From the IMG/VR virus record IMGVR_UViG_3300016667_000081, positions 1 through 31,853 of that record: a stretch of 31,853 nucleotides of DNA; one strand, given 5' to 3'. How positions within the stretch are numbered: the first letter of the stretch is position 1; the number at the start of each line of letters is the position of its first letter. Source of the stretch: a virus (Duplodnaviria; Caudoviricetes). A model generated the notes under the pieces. That model did not search any database and had not been told where the DNA came from. It saw only the letters and a program-made list of their open reading frames with translations. Shown piece after piece: positions 15,501 through 23,855 of the stretch. The translations under genes and the position numbers were made by a program.

Positions 15501-16850
15501 ATTGGTTACGTCGCGCGCCGTAAACCCGTCCGTAAAGCTGATATCACCTTGCTGATTGGCTTCGTACAGGTTAGGAAGCAGGGTGCCTGCCTGGGCGGCG
15601 CGATCAGTACGACCCTCAATTTCACGGACGCCTAGCGAATTGATGTACCGGTCGATTTCGCTAAGACGAAGAACTTCGGTAGTCTGCTTCCACAATTCTT
15701 GCTGAACATAATTTGCATGATCAACAAGCTGTTCGTCGGTCAGCGGAACACGAGGACGCGCAGCAGGTTCCGCTGCAATGTAGGCTGCCGCTTCTTCGGG
15801 AGTTTGAAAGGGAGTCGGTTCTGGCGGCAGCACGGGTTCAGGGGCAGGAGCTTCTTCGCCAGCAGCTTCTGAAGAGGGAGGGGCTTCGCTGCCAGGAGCG
15901 GCGGGCGCGCCAGCACGACCTGTTACGCGATTAACAGCGCCGAAACCAGTGCCGCCCATACCACCAATAAGAGCTTCTTCGCCGATCTGGGACAGGCGTT
16001 CGCTGAGATTGGGGTCGCCGGTTGCAACACCACGTACGGTCTGGCGGGCCGTTTCACCAAGACCTTCGCTAACCGCACCCGTGGCAGTCAGGGCGCGAAC
16101 GCCGCCGGGAGAACCGCCGACCACGCGGGTCATAATGCGCGACACAAGATCGGGGTCGCCCATGCGACCAAGCTGACGAGCAAGGAACGATTCAATATAC
16201 TTGTTTTCGAATCGACCAATCAGCAAACCCAGCGGCACAGCAATCCGGCCTGCCGTGGACTGGTCAATGCCTTCGTCAACAAGGCCCTTATAAAGTTCAC
16301 CAACACCGCCAACAGAGTTTAGGCCCAGCACGCCAAGCCTAGCACCAGTCGCAGCGCCGGCAGCAGTACCACCTGGGCCACCAAGCGAACCTACCGCTGC
16401 ACCAGCACCAGCACCTAAGGCAGCACCACCAAGCACGGTGCCGATAGAACCGGCCGCAGTACCCGCGTAGGCGCGTAGAGCTTCTAGGCCCCGCCTAGAA
16501 ATCAAATCGGACAGTTCAGGATTACGGGTTAGAGGATCGTCGTCCGTGCCTTCGACAACATCAGCTACCCGAGAAAGCGGGCCGCGCAAACTTTCGGCGC
16601 CTACCGCAGCAGCGGCCGCTTCTAAGCCGCGCGGAACAGATGCGCCAGTCGCGCGAGCAGATTGAATAGCAGATTCAGTAGCGCCTGCGATTGGCCGACG
16701 ATTTTTGTTCCAATCAGCAAAAGCTTCAGGGCTACGCTGTTCAAACATAGAAATAGCATAGCGGTAGGCATCATTATTTGACGTATCATCCGGGCCTTCA
16801 AACTGGTAAATTTCTCCAGTCGGCATAGGCACCCGAAAAGTTTTTGCCAT
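9588..16850 (-). CDS. Giant internal virion/ejection polyvalent protein (2420 aa) with GHKL ATPase, HEXXH zincin and PLxRFG-like C-terminal region
   Basis: Last and largest of the ejection-position genes. N-terminal glycine-zipper hydrophobic segment; EILQNSYDA, DNGVGM, GGFGIA, GTSITI; HELAHH..NHDADF; PYYMPVIADGSHFV and EQINRAVTFIAAFR..QF resembling PLxRFG-family proteins. Confidence 0.75.
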   Translation of the reverse strand: MAKTFRVPMPTGEIYQFEGPDDTSNNDAYRYAISMFEQRSPEAFADWNKNRRPIAGATESAIQSARATGASVPRGLEAAAAAVGAESLRGPLSRVADVVEGTDDDPLTRNPELSDLISRRGLEALRAYAGTAAGSIGTVLGGAALGAGAGAAVGSLGGPGGTAAGAATGARLGVLGLNSVGGVGELYKGLVDEGIDQSTAGRIAVPLGLLIGRFENKYIESFLARQLGRMGDPDLVSRIMTRVVGGSPGGVRALTATGAVSEGLGETARQTVRGVATGDPNLSERLSQIGEEALIGGMGGTGFGAVNRVTGRAGAPAAPGSEAPPSSEAAGEEAPAPEPVLPPEPTPFQTPEEAAAYIAAEPAARPRVPLTDEQLVDHANYVQQELWKQTTEVLRLSEIDRYINSLGVREIEGRTDRAAQAGTLLPNLYEANQQGDISFTDGFTARDVTNLALREAGVVDPTPEEVGRVQKALKGLADEGYLRQQTVRDPMTGKATTNFTLGLYDADKYREAAFNRNVSGADTTVVDRPPDIQQDPSRQDPATTLVNTAARAATAQTFANSDPTELLNRINADADYARSYLTDLTSGLDKPGVSYRTLQKLFRDRGLILEQPDAARLMKLGQQTGVIRSTNQLARFYPAKPQQPVAPGAAPITPAPASVPGASPMAAAPTPVAPPAVMIQPQPQPQPTPAPPAEPTAAAAAPAPAAGQTDQVMIQTGYVGPEGQARNRRLIKRGNEYVIEGVPGETKPYKSYIQALKAFRKATPASDSVIKNDQDTEAQTESLAPEMERTRTVKGQPKTNFQRTAKIFGAQLYGNVKDIGKVSVKEILQNSYDAIKTAIANGQLQNGRISFNRPLGDFRTFTVTDNGVGMAPEMLGGKFLEVAGTGKSDDPNASGGFGIAKLLFLYSNKNIHVVTMKDGEVSEMQTTGEQLMKAADDPRFAPDIEVRRPTDQDLKLFPEGHGTSITITFPTEYQDPSSGKTETTDSLYDYSSVPSLEFSPLFAPIEVRWNGEVIPNMGTSFPYKDYQQFANVKFNWGNARVYVSRNTTGQTYGNNLHVLSNGLWQFSRKISKNPGRMFSEPIPYTFYVDVEPRVKADEAGYPFAPNRQEFSPQSKADFDNIFKHINAIYAYQDIQNQATSFGSIAYVDPATGQLSASIDITPNIPVADTQLGSLKPGSTITVNNGKLLVGGKELPALTSEELMKSVPKATDLKVDPALIDVDRAMVHDNLTVNDQPYSQLMREKFGAKFDEFTTYAAEAFRVLRDETARVMNYPEMANEAVGVSYDKDYRGVSIRVPFSGSFINPALPASADPLEAGYGIVGTMVHELAHHKIRNHDADFPAEMQRILFKLKADKQFDFNAFEKEFAETLAADYSDIINENRRIAYNENLGSSGQRFSDDNRESASAPSYERVSAGNGAVGGNAGAGQPVRSPATGGTSNAGQRGGTQQAGGGTGTPGPVNPQAPTLPASPTKANTVVKNYTKDFVAGPFKYFASPIMGYGTTKAELRPVANVSQEVLNRKNEANIELENFPVAFSRLKTAESRIKVTEAWRQASRTKKPPVTTGFSAAERTALDNLIAGGQRAFDWLAEAYTLRYFKPNAASTAVERARLDAFWQKHEGKHLWEIPARELSAVSPKGWAELQRLNKLRNPYYMPVIADGSHFVAAYKVNNKGERVGPPVRMIAYNPLNLPQRMRRNADPMQAAIKQLKAEFPNSKQHYVMEQGQKFSANEEARRIRRDADAVSEYLAQLMELPVVASSTQAQNLLNRLQSDLDKAQMDRIFRPNQDILEPLTGLNRDSYVLDMAPRYFAGVASVAARRATQDAFNEAIQPLTENDKEFFRNHRAYYSTPTESFGGLRTATYFMLLGAAVDTAMVNLLQPFQVTMPLFIRDSGVGSIGTTLSAYKAVGNSLNEALRRQENVVDVLSKNLNNANERAAYERALKIGVLQPLYTNESRGQVTASGLRSLGVENATKWAANFNKASRIVGSLQQQSEQINRAVTFIAAFRVAQKDPGVLTRAGKYDSATYNSAYDYAVAKTNQANFITSKEDRALIQRFTPAAEVATQFMSFPLKAAELMVNQARLGLRGIRESDPQMARAGAVGVIAMMAPLVALGGIWAAPGAELLKEALELLMKEAFGSTVNFDAAAREAFGGGWVGEAATRGIPHAQGWASLSRRVAIDPIPFNDLTTANVMTLLGPAATFPEAAYRTYNYLKQDDYWNAAATLMPRAVGNVIRGLDQAFGSQEIKSQRGNVLLSPAQIAAIDTQSLAPVALRQAIGFPAPAVVNARDWYARHTELERLNAGATQRLNDEAARHFTNSLRLREQGKTDEAQAEINKARDLLVEQARKNAAHAEAGNLDKIINFNIPAITQRAMQDFYGRTSQQNVVEGIPRTVRQRAMQEYEMYQRQSGRSDSTSNPFR

Positions 16851-16852
16851 AA

Positions 16853-17698
16853 TTAACGCGCTCCGCCCAACGCAGGCAATTCTACTACAGGATTAGAAGA
16901 ATTTCCACTGCCTGCGGGGGAAGCAGGAGTTGCTGGCGCGGGAGAACCCGGACGCATGCCGCGCGGTGGTTCGGGATGCCTTCTATCATAACTTTCCATT
17001 GCTGCGGCCATAGCCTGGGGCGTGGCCGCAAGTCCGAGGCTCGTCTGTACTGACCGCTCATATGCGGCACGATTAGTTTGCCAAAGCTGATGTTCACGCT
17101 CTTGCGCGCTTATAACCGGTTGGTCAGCACGGGCAACGCGCCAGCCTTCGGGCAACTGTTCGCCGCGATTTGTATAGTGAAGACGCTGTTCGCCAGTCTC
17201 TGGGTTATAGATCGTCATAGGCGTGCCATAACGCTGCTGTCCGGCGGTGGCGGCGGAAGCCAAGTGGTGGCGGGCAGCAGCTTCAGATTCGCGGGCACGA
17301 GCCAACTGATAAATGGCTTGCGGGTTTTGGGGATTCTGTTCCCACTGGAGCTTAGCTTGTTCGGTGCGGATTTGCGCTTCGCGGTAGCGGGCAGTAGCCT
17401 CGTTCTCCAGCACCTTGTTCATGTCCTGAAGTTGCTGGCGCTGCTGAGCCTGCTGGGCTTCAAGCGCACCCGACATTGCTTGACCGGCAGCCACTCCTGC
17501 ATAAGGCGACTGAGAAGCCGCCAGGCGGGCGCCAAAATCCATCAGCATTTGGCTGGCTTGCTGCCGGGGGCTGGGCCGCTCGGCATAGGCTTCGTTCAGG
17601 CGGGAGCGCAGCGTCGCCAGCAAATCAGACGGGCTGCTATCTTGCACCGTATTGGCAGCGCCCGGCGTAATAACAGGGGGAGTTTGACTATCGGACAT
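16853..17698 (-). CDS. Putative DNA ejection / internal virion protein
   Basis: Ala/Gln-rich helical protein with LMDFGARLAA..AGVAAGQA segment, located between pilot-like and giant internal genes; AGGA SD. Confidence 0.55.
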   Translation of the reverse strand: MSDSQTPPVITPGAANTVQDSSPSDLLATLRSRLNEAYAERPSPRQQASQMLMDFGARLAASQSPYAGVAAGQAMSGALEAQQAQQRQQLQDMNKVLENEATARYREAQIRTEQAKLQWEQNPQNPQAIYQLARARESEAAARHHLASAATAGQQRYGTPMTIYNPETGEQRLHYTNRGEQLPEGWRVARADQPVISAQEREHQLWQTNRAAYERSVQTSLGLAATPQAMAAAMESYDRRHPEPPRGMRPGSPAPATPASPAGSGNSSNPVVELPALGGAR

Positions 17699-17710
17699 TT
17701 TAATATCCTA

Positions 17711-19096
17711 TTAGCTATAAAGAGGCCCGCTTGCTGAACTAGCAATACCTGCCGAAGAATTAAAATCTGCTGCTGATGGGGCGGTAGCAGCGCCGCCACT
17801 GGAATCGCCGCCCCAGCCGGAGAACCAACTGCCCAGCGTTTTGGAACCAGATGGCGACATGGCAGCGCCGGCCAATGAAGCTAGGCCGCCAGTTATAGCA
17901 TTTGCGCTGGAAGGCTGATAGGAAGTGGACATGGCGTTGCCCTGCATGGCGCCGAGAGCGCCCGGAGTGAGGCCGCCGCTAAGCGACTTGCGGCCTTCTT
18001 CAAGCTGCTTGGCTCGGTATTCCATGGCATTAACATATTGCTGATAGTCAAAGTCTTTCTGAGCCTGTTCGATGCTACGTTCAAGGCCGCCCACAGTGAG
18101 CAAGGGAGCAGTAGTTGCATCATACGCTGCTTTGCCGCCAGTAACAAGGTCTTTGAGACGGTTAATGTCAACATTCTCAAGACCCTGAACAGCACTAAGT
18201 GCGCCGAGAGCTTCCTTAGTTTGACCTTGCACGCCCGCACGAGCGGCAAGTTCAGCGGCCGACGTATCGAGAGCAGAACGCTGGGCGGCTTCAGCCGTAG
18301 TAAGCATGCCTTGGGCGTTCTTGTAAAGCTCGGGAATGTAAGTCTGATCTTTACGGTACTGTTCAAGGGCTGACTTGTAGGCATCAGAGTAAGCGGCACC
18401 GGAAGCGCGGCCGAATTCTTTTTCGAGGTTGCGCCCAAGTTCGGCTTGCTGCAAAGCGGTACGGGAACCGCCGAAAGCGCCGACCTTAGCCTGCTGGGAA
18501 GCGAGGCGGTTGCGTTCAAGGGCGTTGGCGCGAGCAATGTCTTCAAGCTGCGGATCAAGAACACCCCGCAGATAGGGATTCATGTAGCCAGAAATGTTGG
18601 CTTCAGGAATAGTCTTGGCGAGGCCCATCGCAGCTTCGGTGCCTTGAAGCGCAACGCCGGGCTGCAAAGAAGCCAGCGCGCCAGCAGTATCCGAATACTG
18701 AGATAGGCCGCCAAGGCGAGCAGCGGAACCGCCAGCAATGTCGGTCATGCCCGCAGCAAGTTCGCGGCCCGCCGGAGCTACGCTTCTGCCTTCAAGCGAA
18801 CCAACAAGGTTGGCCCAATCGCCGTAGGCAGCGCCGCTGGTGCCAGCTACATTACGGGCAGCGGATATGCCCGCCAGTTCTTCAGCCGATAGTGGTGCAA
18901 CTCGATCTCCCGTATAGTATTCATAGGGAGTTGTCATATACTCTGCGGTTTTGTTTTGAAGCAGGTCCGCAGTAGTCTTAGCTTCAGGACTAATGGTACC
19001 CTTGACAATCGTCGGGGGCGCCGCCTTCGGCTTTGGGCCGAGTAGCGCGGAACCAATAGTAGCTGCAGCCATAAGGGCTCCACCGACAGCACCCAT
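17711..19096 (-). CDS. Putative DNA pilot / ejection protein
   Basis: Hydrophobic N-terminus; PYEYYTGDRVA, YMNPY...VGAFGGSR and Q..DFDYQQY motifs typical of podovirus-like pilot proteins; Gly/Ala-rich C-terminus. Confidence 0.65.
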   Translation of the reverse strand: MGAVGGALMAAATIGSALLGPKPKAAPPTIVKGTISPEAKTTADLLQNKTAEYMTTPYEYYTGDRVAPLSAEELAGISAARNVAGTSGAAYGDWANLVGSLEGRSVAPAGRELAAGMTDIAGGSAARLGGLSQYSDTAGALASLQPGVALQGTEAAMGLAKTIPEANISGYMNPYLRGVLDPQLEDIARANALERNRLASQQAKVGAFGGSRTALQQAELGRNLEKEFGRASGAAYSDAYKSALEQYRKDQTYIPELYKNAQGMLTTAEAAQRSALDTSAAELAARAGVQGQTKEALGALSAVQGLENVDINRLKDLVTGGKAAYDATTAPLLTVGGLERSIEQAQKDFDYQQYVNAMEYRAKQLEEGRKSLSGGLTPGALGAMQGNAMSTSYQPSSANAITGGLASLAGAAMSPSGSKTLGSWFSGWGGDSSGGAATAPSAADFNSSAGIASSASGPLYS

Positions 19097-19665
19097 TAGC
19101 TGGAAATCCTTTCGAGAATGTTTTTGAAGGGCAAGGCGCTGGCCTGTTCTTCGGAGCCGGTCTTAGCTTCGCGGATTTGCTTGACCAGATCGTAGAGGCG
19201 GCGGGCGCCTGCATTGCTGGAGCCATCGCCCATCATCGAAACTACGTCGGCCGGAACCACGAACTCGCCGTCCGAAAGGGCGGCTGCGCGTTGACCATCA
19301 ATGGTAGTGGGAATAAGATCATCAAGACCGCCGCCCGGACCCTGAGCCAACTTGCCGCCGCCTTCGAGGGCAATGACGCCGCCCGAAGCATACTTCTGGA
19401 TAGGCTGCCCGGCAGCGGGGGCGGGGGTAACAACTGGAGGCTTCACAGGATTCTGGGTGGTTTGGGGCATCTGGTTGACGCCCAGCGAATTAAGAATCTG
19501 ATAGACCGACTGCTGACTGGGTGCGGCGCCAAAGGAGTATTGGGGCTGCGGACCCATGTTGGCCTGAACGCCGGGCGCAATAACAGGCTGCGACAAATCA
19601 ATCGGATTGCCGAGGTTTGAAAGCGCCGGAAGTGCAGGATAGGAAGGGTAAGTGTTCTGATCCAT
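19096..19665 (-). CDS. Virion-module protein with YASGG and a GPG..DD.IP..LSDGEFV domain
   Basis: Pro/Gln-rich N-terminal half, then KYASGG..LEGGG..GPGGGLDDLIP..LSDGEFVVPADVVS; GAGG SD; TAATG-coupled to the next gene. Confidence 0.75.
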   Translation of the reverse strand: MDQNTYPSYPALPALSNLGNPIDLSQPVIAPGVQANMGPQPQYSFGAAPSQQSVYQILNSLGVNQMPQTTQNPVKPPVVTPAPAAGQPIQKYASGGVIALEGGGKLAQGPGGGLDDLIPTTIDGQRAAALSDGEFVVPADVVSMMGDGSSNAGARRLYDLVKQIREAKTGSEEQASALPFKNILERISS

Positions 19666-19682
19666 TGCCGCCTCAATACCCC

Positions 19683-19710
19683 ATTATAGCATAATTGAAA
19701 GGGAAATCAA
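19683..19710 (-). promoter_or_regulatory. Sigma70-like promoter with extended -10 upstream of the ejection-protein block
   Basis: Minus strand reads TTGATT-16 bp-TATAAT with TGn; shares TATGCTATA with the 3809-3837 promoter. Confidence 0.65.
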
Positions 19711-19988
19711 AGTGAATCTCTAACGTCGGTAAAGTTACTTGGCTGTAGAGCCTGAAGTAATTTGCCAACAATATGAGTAAGCACCGTGACTGAAGGATTG
19801 TTAACGTCGAGTGTGAGAGGCGCGCTTACCGTGCCTTGCACAATGAAGATCGGGCGGTTGCGCCGACCCAAGTCAAACAGGTCGCTGGATTCAAGGACGC
19901 GCAGCAACTTGTTCCAGGCTTCGGTGGAAGATGCGTCCCAGCTAGTGGGTGCGGCCGGGAACTGACGGCTTGTAAGACGGCGGCTCAT
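19707..19988 (-). CDS. Hypothetical virion-module protein (93 aa)
   Basis: ATGA overlap with the upstream gene; FP.AP..WD N-terminus typical of the small gene that follows the tail nozzle gene. Confidence 0.65.
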   Translation of the reverse strand: MSRRLTSRQFPAAPTSWDASSTEAWNKLLRVLESSDLFDLGRRNRPIFIVQGTVSAPLTLDVNNPSVTVLTHIVGKLLQALQPSNFTDVRDSL

Positions 19989-21844
19989 CGCTTACCGTCC
20001 GGTTCAAGCGCCATGCGGAACTCGCCCATGCGCCAGGGCTTATCAACTACGGTGCGCGATTCGAAACGGACTGCGAATTCGCGGCCACGCAACCGGGTAG
20101 AGATTTTGTTTGTAGTGCCGTTAATATTGTAAGGCCCCTTAGTTACAATGTCGGCGCCGGGATATTTGCGGGCTTGCAAGTAAACTGTCATGGCGCCAGA
20201 GTAGGGCGTGCCATCAGTCAAATCGGAAAGGTCGGGCACGAACTTATTGGAGAACATGATTTCGTCGCCGTCCTGGGTATCGAAGAAAGCGGACTCGACG
20301 AAGGCTGTCATGGGAGTGCCATCGTCGGTGTAGCCCGTCTCGTGATAGTAAAGGCCGGTACCGGCAACGCCCGTGGCAAGGGGCTGGGCGAAGGTGCTGC
20401 GGTCGCGCCAGGTGGTGCGGGCAAGCGAGCCAATAGTCCAGTGTTCTTCGCGCGTATTGTAGATAACGTAGCGGTCGTTCTCACCGTCCGGCGAACTGGT
20501 GGACGGATAAAACCAAATGATTTCGTCGAACTGTGAATTGGTACCGCAGATGATCTTGTCGGTTTGCGCGGTATTCAGATTCTGAAATACGTAGCGAAGG
20601 ACGGTGCAAGGAATAGGCTGGAGGCGCCCGTCGTATTTGAAGAACTGGCCGTTGCTGGACATCCAATAGGCAATGCCCGCATATTCGACGGCGCAGTTCT
20701 GTGAGATGGCGCCGCAGTTTTCGCCGGCACGAATGAAACCAAATACGTCGCTAGAACCGATGTAGTTTTGCAGGAAGATATCAGTGTCAGTAAGCACCAG
20801 CATTTTATCTGACATCTTTATGACCGAGATAATTTGAGAGCCTCGGCTATTAAGACGAACTTCGCCAGCCGTATTGGTAACGGACGGCACCCAATCATCG
20901 TAGTCTTCCTGGCTGCACCACCTAATCAGGAGCGGATCGTATTGACCGCTAATGTCGTGGGTGCCGTACAGGATAACGTGACGGGCTTCCGAAGCTACAC
21001 GAACAAGCTGGTTGATGGAAGGAGCCGCCGTCACCACGGTAAAGCGGGTGCCGATGCCTGCGGCTGCTGTCCACACGAACAGCGGGCCAAGGTTGGGCAC
21101 AGCCATAACGTAAGTACCCCACAGGTCCATGGACCACTCACGCAGCATCATGGTATAGGTGCCGTCCGGCGCCGTATTCCAGCCGAAGTTGCCGCCCCAA
21201 GCACCTGTGCCCCAGCCGCCTACTGCCTGACTTGATTGTAGGCCAGCTTTGTAGTATAGTTTGATAGTACAATTGCCGCCAGTCTGCGCGCTAGTCGCAG
21301 CGGCCGTGACTCCAACGTCGATGGTAAAGCTGTTGTTATCGACGACGGTAATGGGGAACTTGGCTTCGGCCTGGGCGGAAGTGTCGATCAGAATGTTGCC
21401 GCCGATGGTCGTTTGCGCTGACGTAATGACAACGTAAGTGCCATTCGTCATGCCGTGAATGCTGACCGACACCAGAACGTTAGTAGAACCTGCCGACGTG
21501 GAGAACGGATTGCTGGCGGGTACGGCCGTGGTGATGGGCGTCACATCGTTGTATTCGGACAGGTCGCTGGAAAAAATGCCGACGTTGGTGCCGATGAGCG
21601 CGGTGTGAGTGCCGCCCAACGTGCGGACAGTTTCCAGTTCGCGGGGCGTACCCAGTAGTTCGGTGGTCTTGGCGGGCGTCGTTACGTTTTGCCAACCACC
21701 CAGCAGTTCGGGTTTGTTGAAACGAAAGCGTACTTTATCGGCGTCGGTCCACTGGCCTTCAGCAGCTTTGGGCGTTTGTTCGGTGATAACGCCTGACCGG
21801 AAGTTCAGTGTCGTCAGGCGCTGGCTTTGCATGCTATCGGACAT
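19985..21844 (-). CDS. Tail nozzle / packaged-DNA stabilization protein (P22 gp10-like)
   Basis: W.D.DKVRFR..PE.LGGW, LLIRWCSQEDY..W.P..TNTAG and N..FDEIIWFYPS..ENDRYV.YN; beta-rich; position in the tail module. Confidence 0.7.
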   Translation of the reverse strand: MSDSMQSQRLTTLNFRSGVITEQTPKAAEGQWTDADKVRFRFNKPELLGGWQNVTTPAKTTELLGTPRELETVRTLGGTHTALIGTNVGIFSSDLSEYNDVTPITTAVPASNPFSTSAGSTNVLVSVSIHGMTNGTYVVITSAQTTIGGNILIDTSAQAEAKFPITVVDNNSFTIDVGVTAAATSAQTGGNCTIKLYYKAGLQSSQAVGGWGTGAWGGNFGWNTAPDGTYTMMLREWSMDLWGTYVMAVPNLGPLFVWTAAAGIGTRFTVVTAAPSINQLVRVASEARHVILYGTHDISGQYDPLLIRWCSQEDYDDWVPSVTNTAGEVRLNSRGSQIISVIKMSDKMLVLTDTDIFLQNYIGSSDVFGFIRAGENCGAISQNCAVEYAGIAYWMSSNGQFFKYDGRLQPIPCTVLRYVFQNLNTAQTDKIICGTNSQFDEIIWFYPSTSSPDGENDRYVIYNTREEHWTIGSLARTTWRDRSTFAQPLATGVAGTGLYYHETGYTDDGTPMTAFVESAFFDTQDGDEIMFSNKFVPDLSDLTDGTPYSGAMTVYLQARKYPGADIVTKGPYNINGTTNKISTRLRGREFAVRFESRTVVDKPWRMGEFRMALEPDGKR

Positions 21845-21846
21845 TG

Positions 21847-22500
21847 TTAACTCCAGGTAATAATAACGCGGCCGACCGCGCCCGCACCGCCATTGCCAAA
21901 GCCAGCCGGGAAGGAAGTACCAGTACCGGCAGCACCAGCGGCGCCCACCACCACCGTATAGTTGTTGCCTACGGTAAGCTCGCCTGCGCTATAAGTCTTG
22001 GTAGTGTAGCCGCCACCGCCGCCACCTGCCGAGTACGCCGGTTCGCTGCCGTAGTAATCGCCGGAACCGCCACCGCCGCCACCGGGTGCCGTGCCGGAAA
22101 TGCCATTGGAACCGGCAACAGGAGGTCCGCCGCCCGCACCGCCATTAGCACCAGCGCCACCGGCACCCGTGCCAGCCGGCGAGATATAGTTACTGTTAGA
22201 GCCGGCCGTGCCGGTTAGGTTGGTGGTGCCACCACTGCCGCTGCCCGCAGCGCCGCCGTAACCTCCTGATTGGCCGCCGCTGCCGCCCGTGGCCGCGACA
22301 GTGCTATTGAAGGAGGAAGTGCCGCCGGTGCCGCCATCAGTGCCGTTTAGGAAGTTACTGCCGCCGCCGCCACCCGCGCCCCAAACTTCTACAGTTAGGG
22401 TATTGAAGGCAGGCATAGTAAAGGAATAGGTGCCGGCCGTCGTATAGGATTGGGAGCCGGGAACTACGCCTGAATAGAAAAGGACGTTAATGACGCTCAC
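21847..22500 (-). CDS. Glycine-rich tail-associated protein
   Basis: VEVWGAGGGGG...YTVVVGAAG...GRVIITW glycine-rich domain. GTG at 22500 overlaps the upstream TGA with GGAG SD (likelier than 22545). Confidence 0.75.
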   Translation of the reverse strand: MSVINVLFYSGVVPGSQSYTTAGTYSFTMPAFNTLTVEVWGAGGGGGSNFLNGTDGGTGGTSSFNSTVAATGGSGGQSGGYGGAAGSGSGGTTNLTGTAGSNSNYISPAGTGAGGAGANGGAGGGPPVAGSNGISGTAPGGGGGGSGDYYGSEPAYSAGGGGGGYTTKTYSAGELTVGNNYTVVVGAAGAAGTGTSFPAGFGNGGAGAVGRVIITWS

Positions 22501-23855
22501 GAGAGGCCGGCTCCTGCCAACACAAAAGTGTTGCTGCCGACGCATAGGACGGTGGCTACGCCGCGCAAGGCTAGTGTGCGGCTGCCCGTAGAGCTGGTGC
22601 CTGCTAGGTACATGGTAACGCCAGACCCGGAAATGGTTTGGCTGGAACCGCTATTGTTGTAGATGACGATAGCGTCGCCAGCACTGAAGGTACCGGAAGG
22701 CACCGCAACGCCGCCCGAAGAAATGGCAATATGCTTGCCCACATCCGTAGCAGCCAGGGTATAGCCGGTGGTCTGGGCGTTCTGCGGGATGATGCGGACA
22801 TTGCCAATCTTGTCGGCTACTGTGCTTGGCGTGCTAACAGTGCCAGTTACTTGCAAGGTGCCGCTAACAGAAACATTATTGTTAACCGTCAAACCTTTAA
22901 GGGTTGTTTGGCCGGTACTGCGCGTAATAGCTAGGGGCGTTTCCAAATAGGAGCCAGCATCATTCCAGCTACTGATAGCAAAATCGCTACCAATGTTGCT
23001 GCTGGTTTCAGCAGTAGAATCGCCAGGCAGAATAGCCCAGCGCGCGAGGCTGCTGGTCTTGCCGACGATGGTGTTGGCTTGCCCGCTAGACGTTTTAGAA
23101 AGCGTAAGAGTGGGCGAAGCTTTATAAACAGTCAGATCGCCGTTAACATTTAATGTATCTACATTAGCAGTAGTTGAGACGGTAATACCGGCGCTGAAAC
23201 CAACACCGCCGCTAAGCAGGTTGATGGAGACGGGCGAATCAGTATAAACGCCGTTAACGTAGCGGTCGATGGAGAAGGCGTTGTTAGTGTCGCCGGGAAC
23301 GACACCCCAAATGGGAATGGCGGATACGAAGCCGGCAAGGGTGGCTTCGGTGCCGGTAGAAGTTTTGACGAGGCCGAGGGTAGGGGCGTTCTTGGTGATA
23401 GCCAAGTCGCCGGTCATGGTGTCGCCCGCGCGGGAAACGCGGTTGGTTTCCGAGGCGAAGTAGATGTTGGTGCCGTCCGTCACGACGTGGTTGACGGTGG
23501 TGGAAGAAAGGGTAAGGGTATTGGCACCGACCGCGCCGGTCGTCAGGTAGACGTTGTATGCGCCGGTCGTGGCAACGCGGAAATAGTAGGACTTGCCGGA
23601 TTGGGGGATGACGATGGTGCGGTCGCCCGTCAGGGTGCCGGTAAGGGTGATGAAGGAGTAGCGGGCTTCGTCGGTTGCGCCAGATGCAGTGGACAGGGTG
23701 TAGGTGCCCGAGCCGCCAATGGCAACGGAAATCCAGCCGGCAATGGCTTGCGCGGCCAGGGTGAAATCGGTGTTGGCTTTGTCGCCCCAGGTGTTGGCGT
23801 TCTCGCCGGTCGCCTGGAGTTCTAGCCGCAGGAGCGGATCATAAGTCGAAGGCAT
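22497..23855 (-). CDS. Tail fiber protein
   Basis: MPSTY...LELQATGENANTWG fiber N-terminal anchor; VSRAGDTMTGDL fiber motif; two internal ~90-aa repeats; IPQNAQTTGYTL..TDVGK C-terminal domain. Confidence 0.8.
   Translation of the reverse strand: MPSTYDPLLRLELQATGENANTWGDKANTDFTLAAQAIAGWISVAIGGSGTYTLSTASGATDEARYSFITLTGTLTGDRTIVIPQSGKSYYFRVATTGAYNVYLTTGAVGANTLTLSSTTVNHVVTDGTNIYFASETNRVSRAGDTMTGDLAITKNAPTLGLVKTSTGTEATLAGFVSAIPIWGVVPGDTNNAFSIDRYVNGVYTDSPVSINLLSGGVGFSAGITVSTTANVDTLNVNGDLTVYKASPTLTLSKTSSGQANTIVGKTSSLARWAILPGDSTAETSSNIGSDFAISSWNDAGSYLETPLAITRSTGQTTLKGLTVNNNVSVSGTLQVTGTVSTPSTVADKIGNVRIIPQNAQTTGYTLAATDVGKHIAISSGGVAVPSGTFSAGDAIVIYNNSGSSQTISGSGVTMYLAGTSSTGSRTLALRGVATVLCVGSNTFVLAGAGLS

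Noticed and set aside
21847-22500. Collagen-like or PE-PGRS call for the glycine-rich gene
   Set aside because: No sustained Gly-X-Y periodicity and no PE domain; it fits the common phage glycine-rich tail domain.
4046-22545. Longest-ORF starts in the supplied track at 4046, 6717 and 22545 (also 1925 and 2592 upstream)
   Set aside because: Downstream starts (4097, 6606, 22500, 1931, 2604) give stop/start coupling or proper SD spacing and avoid long overlaps.
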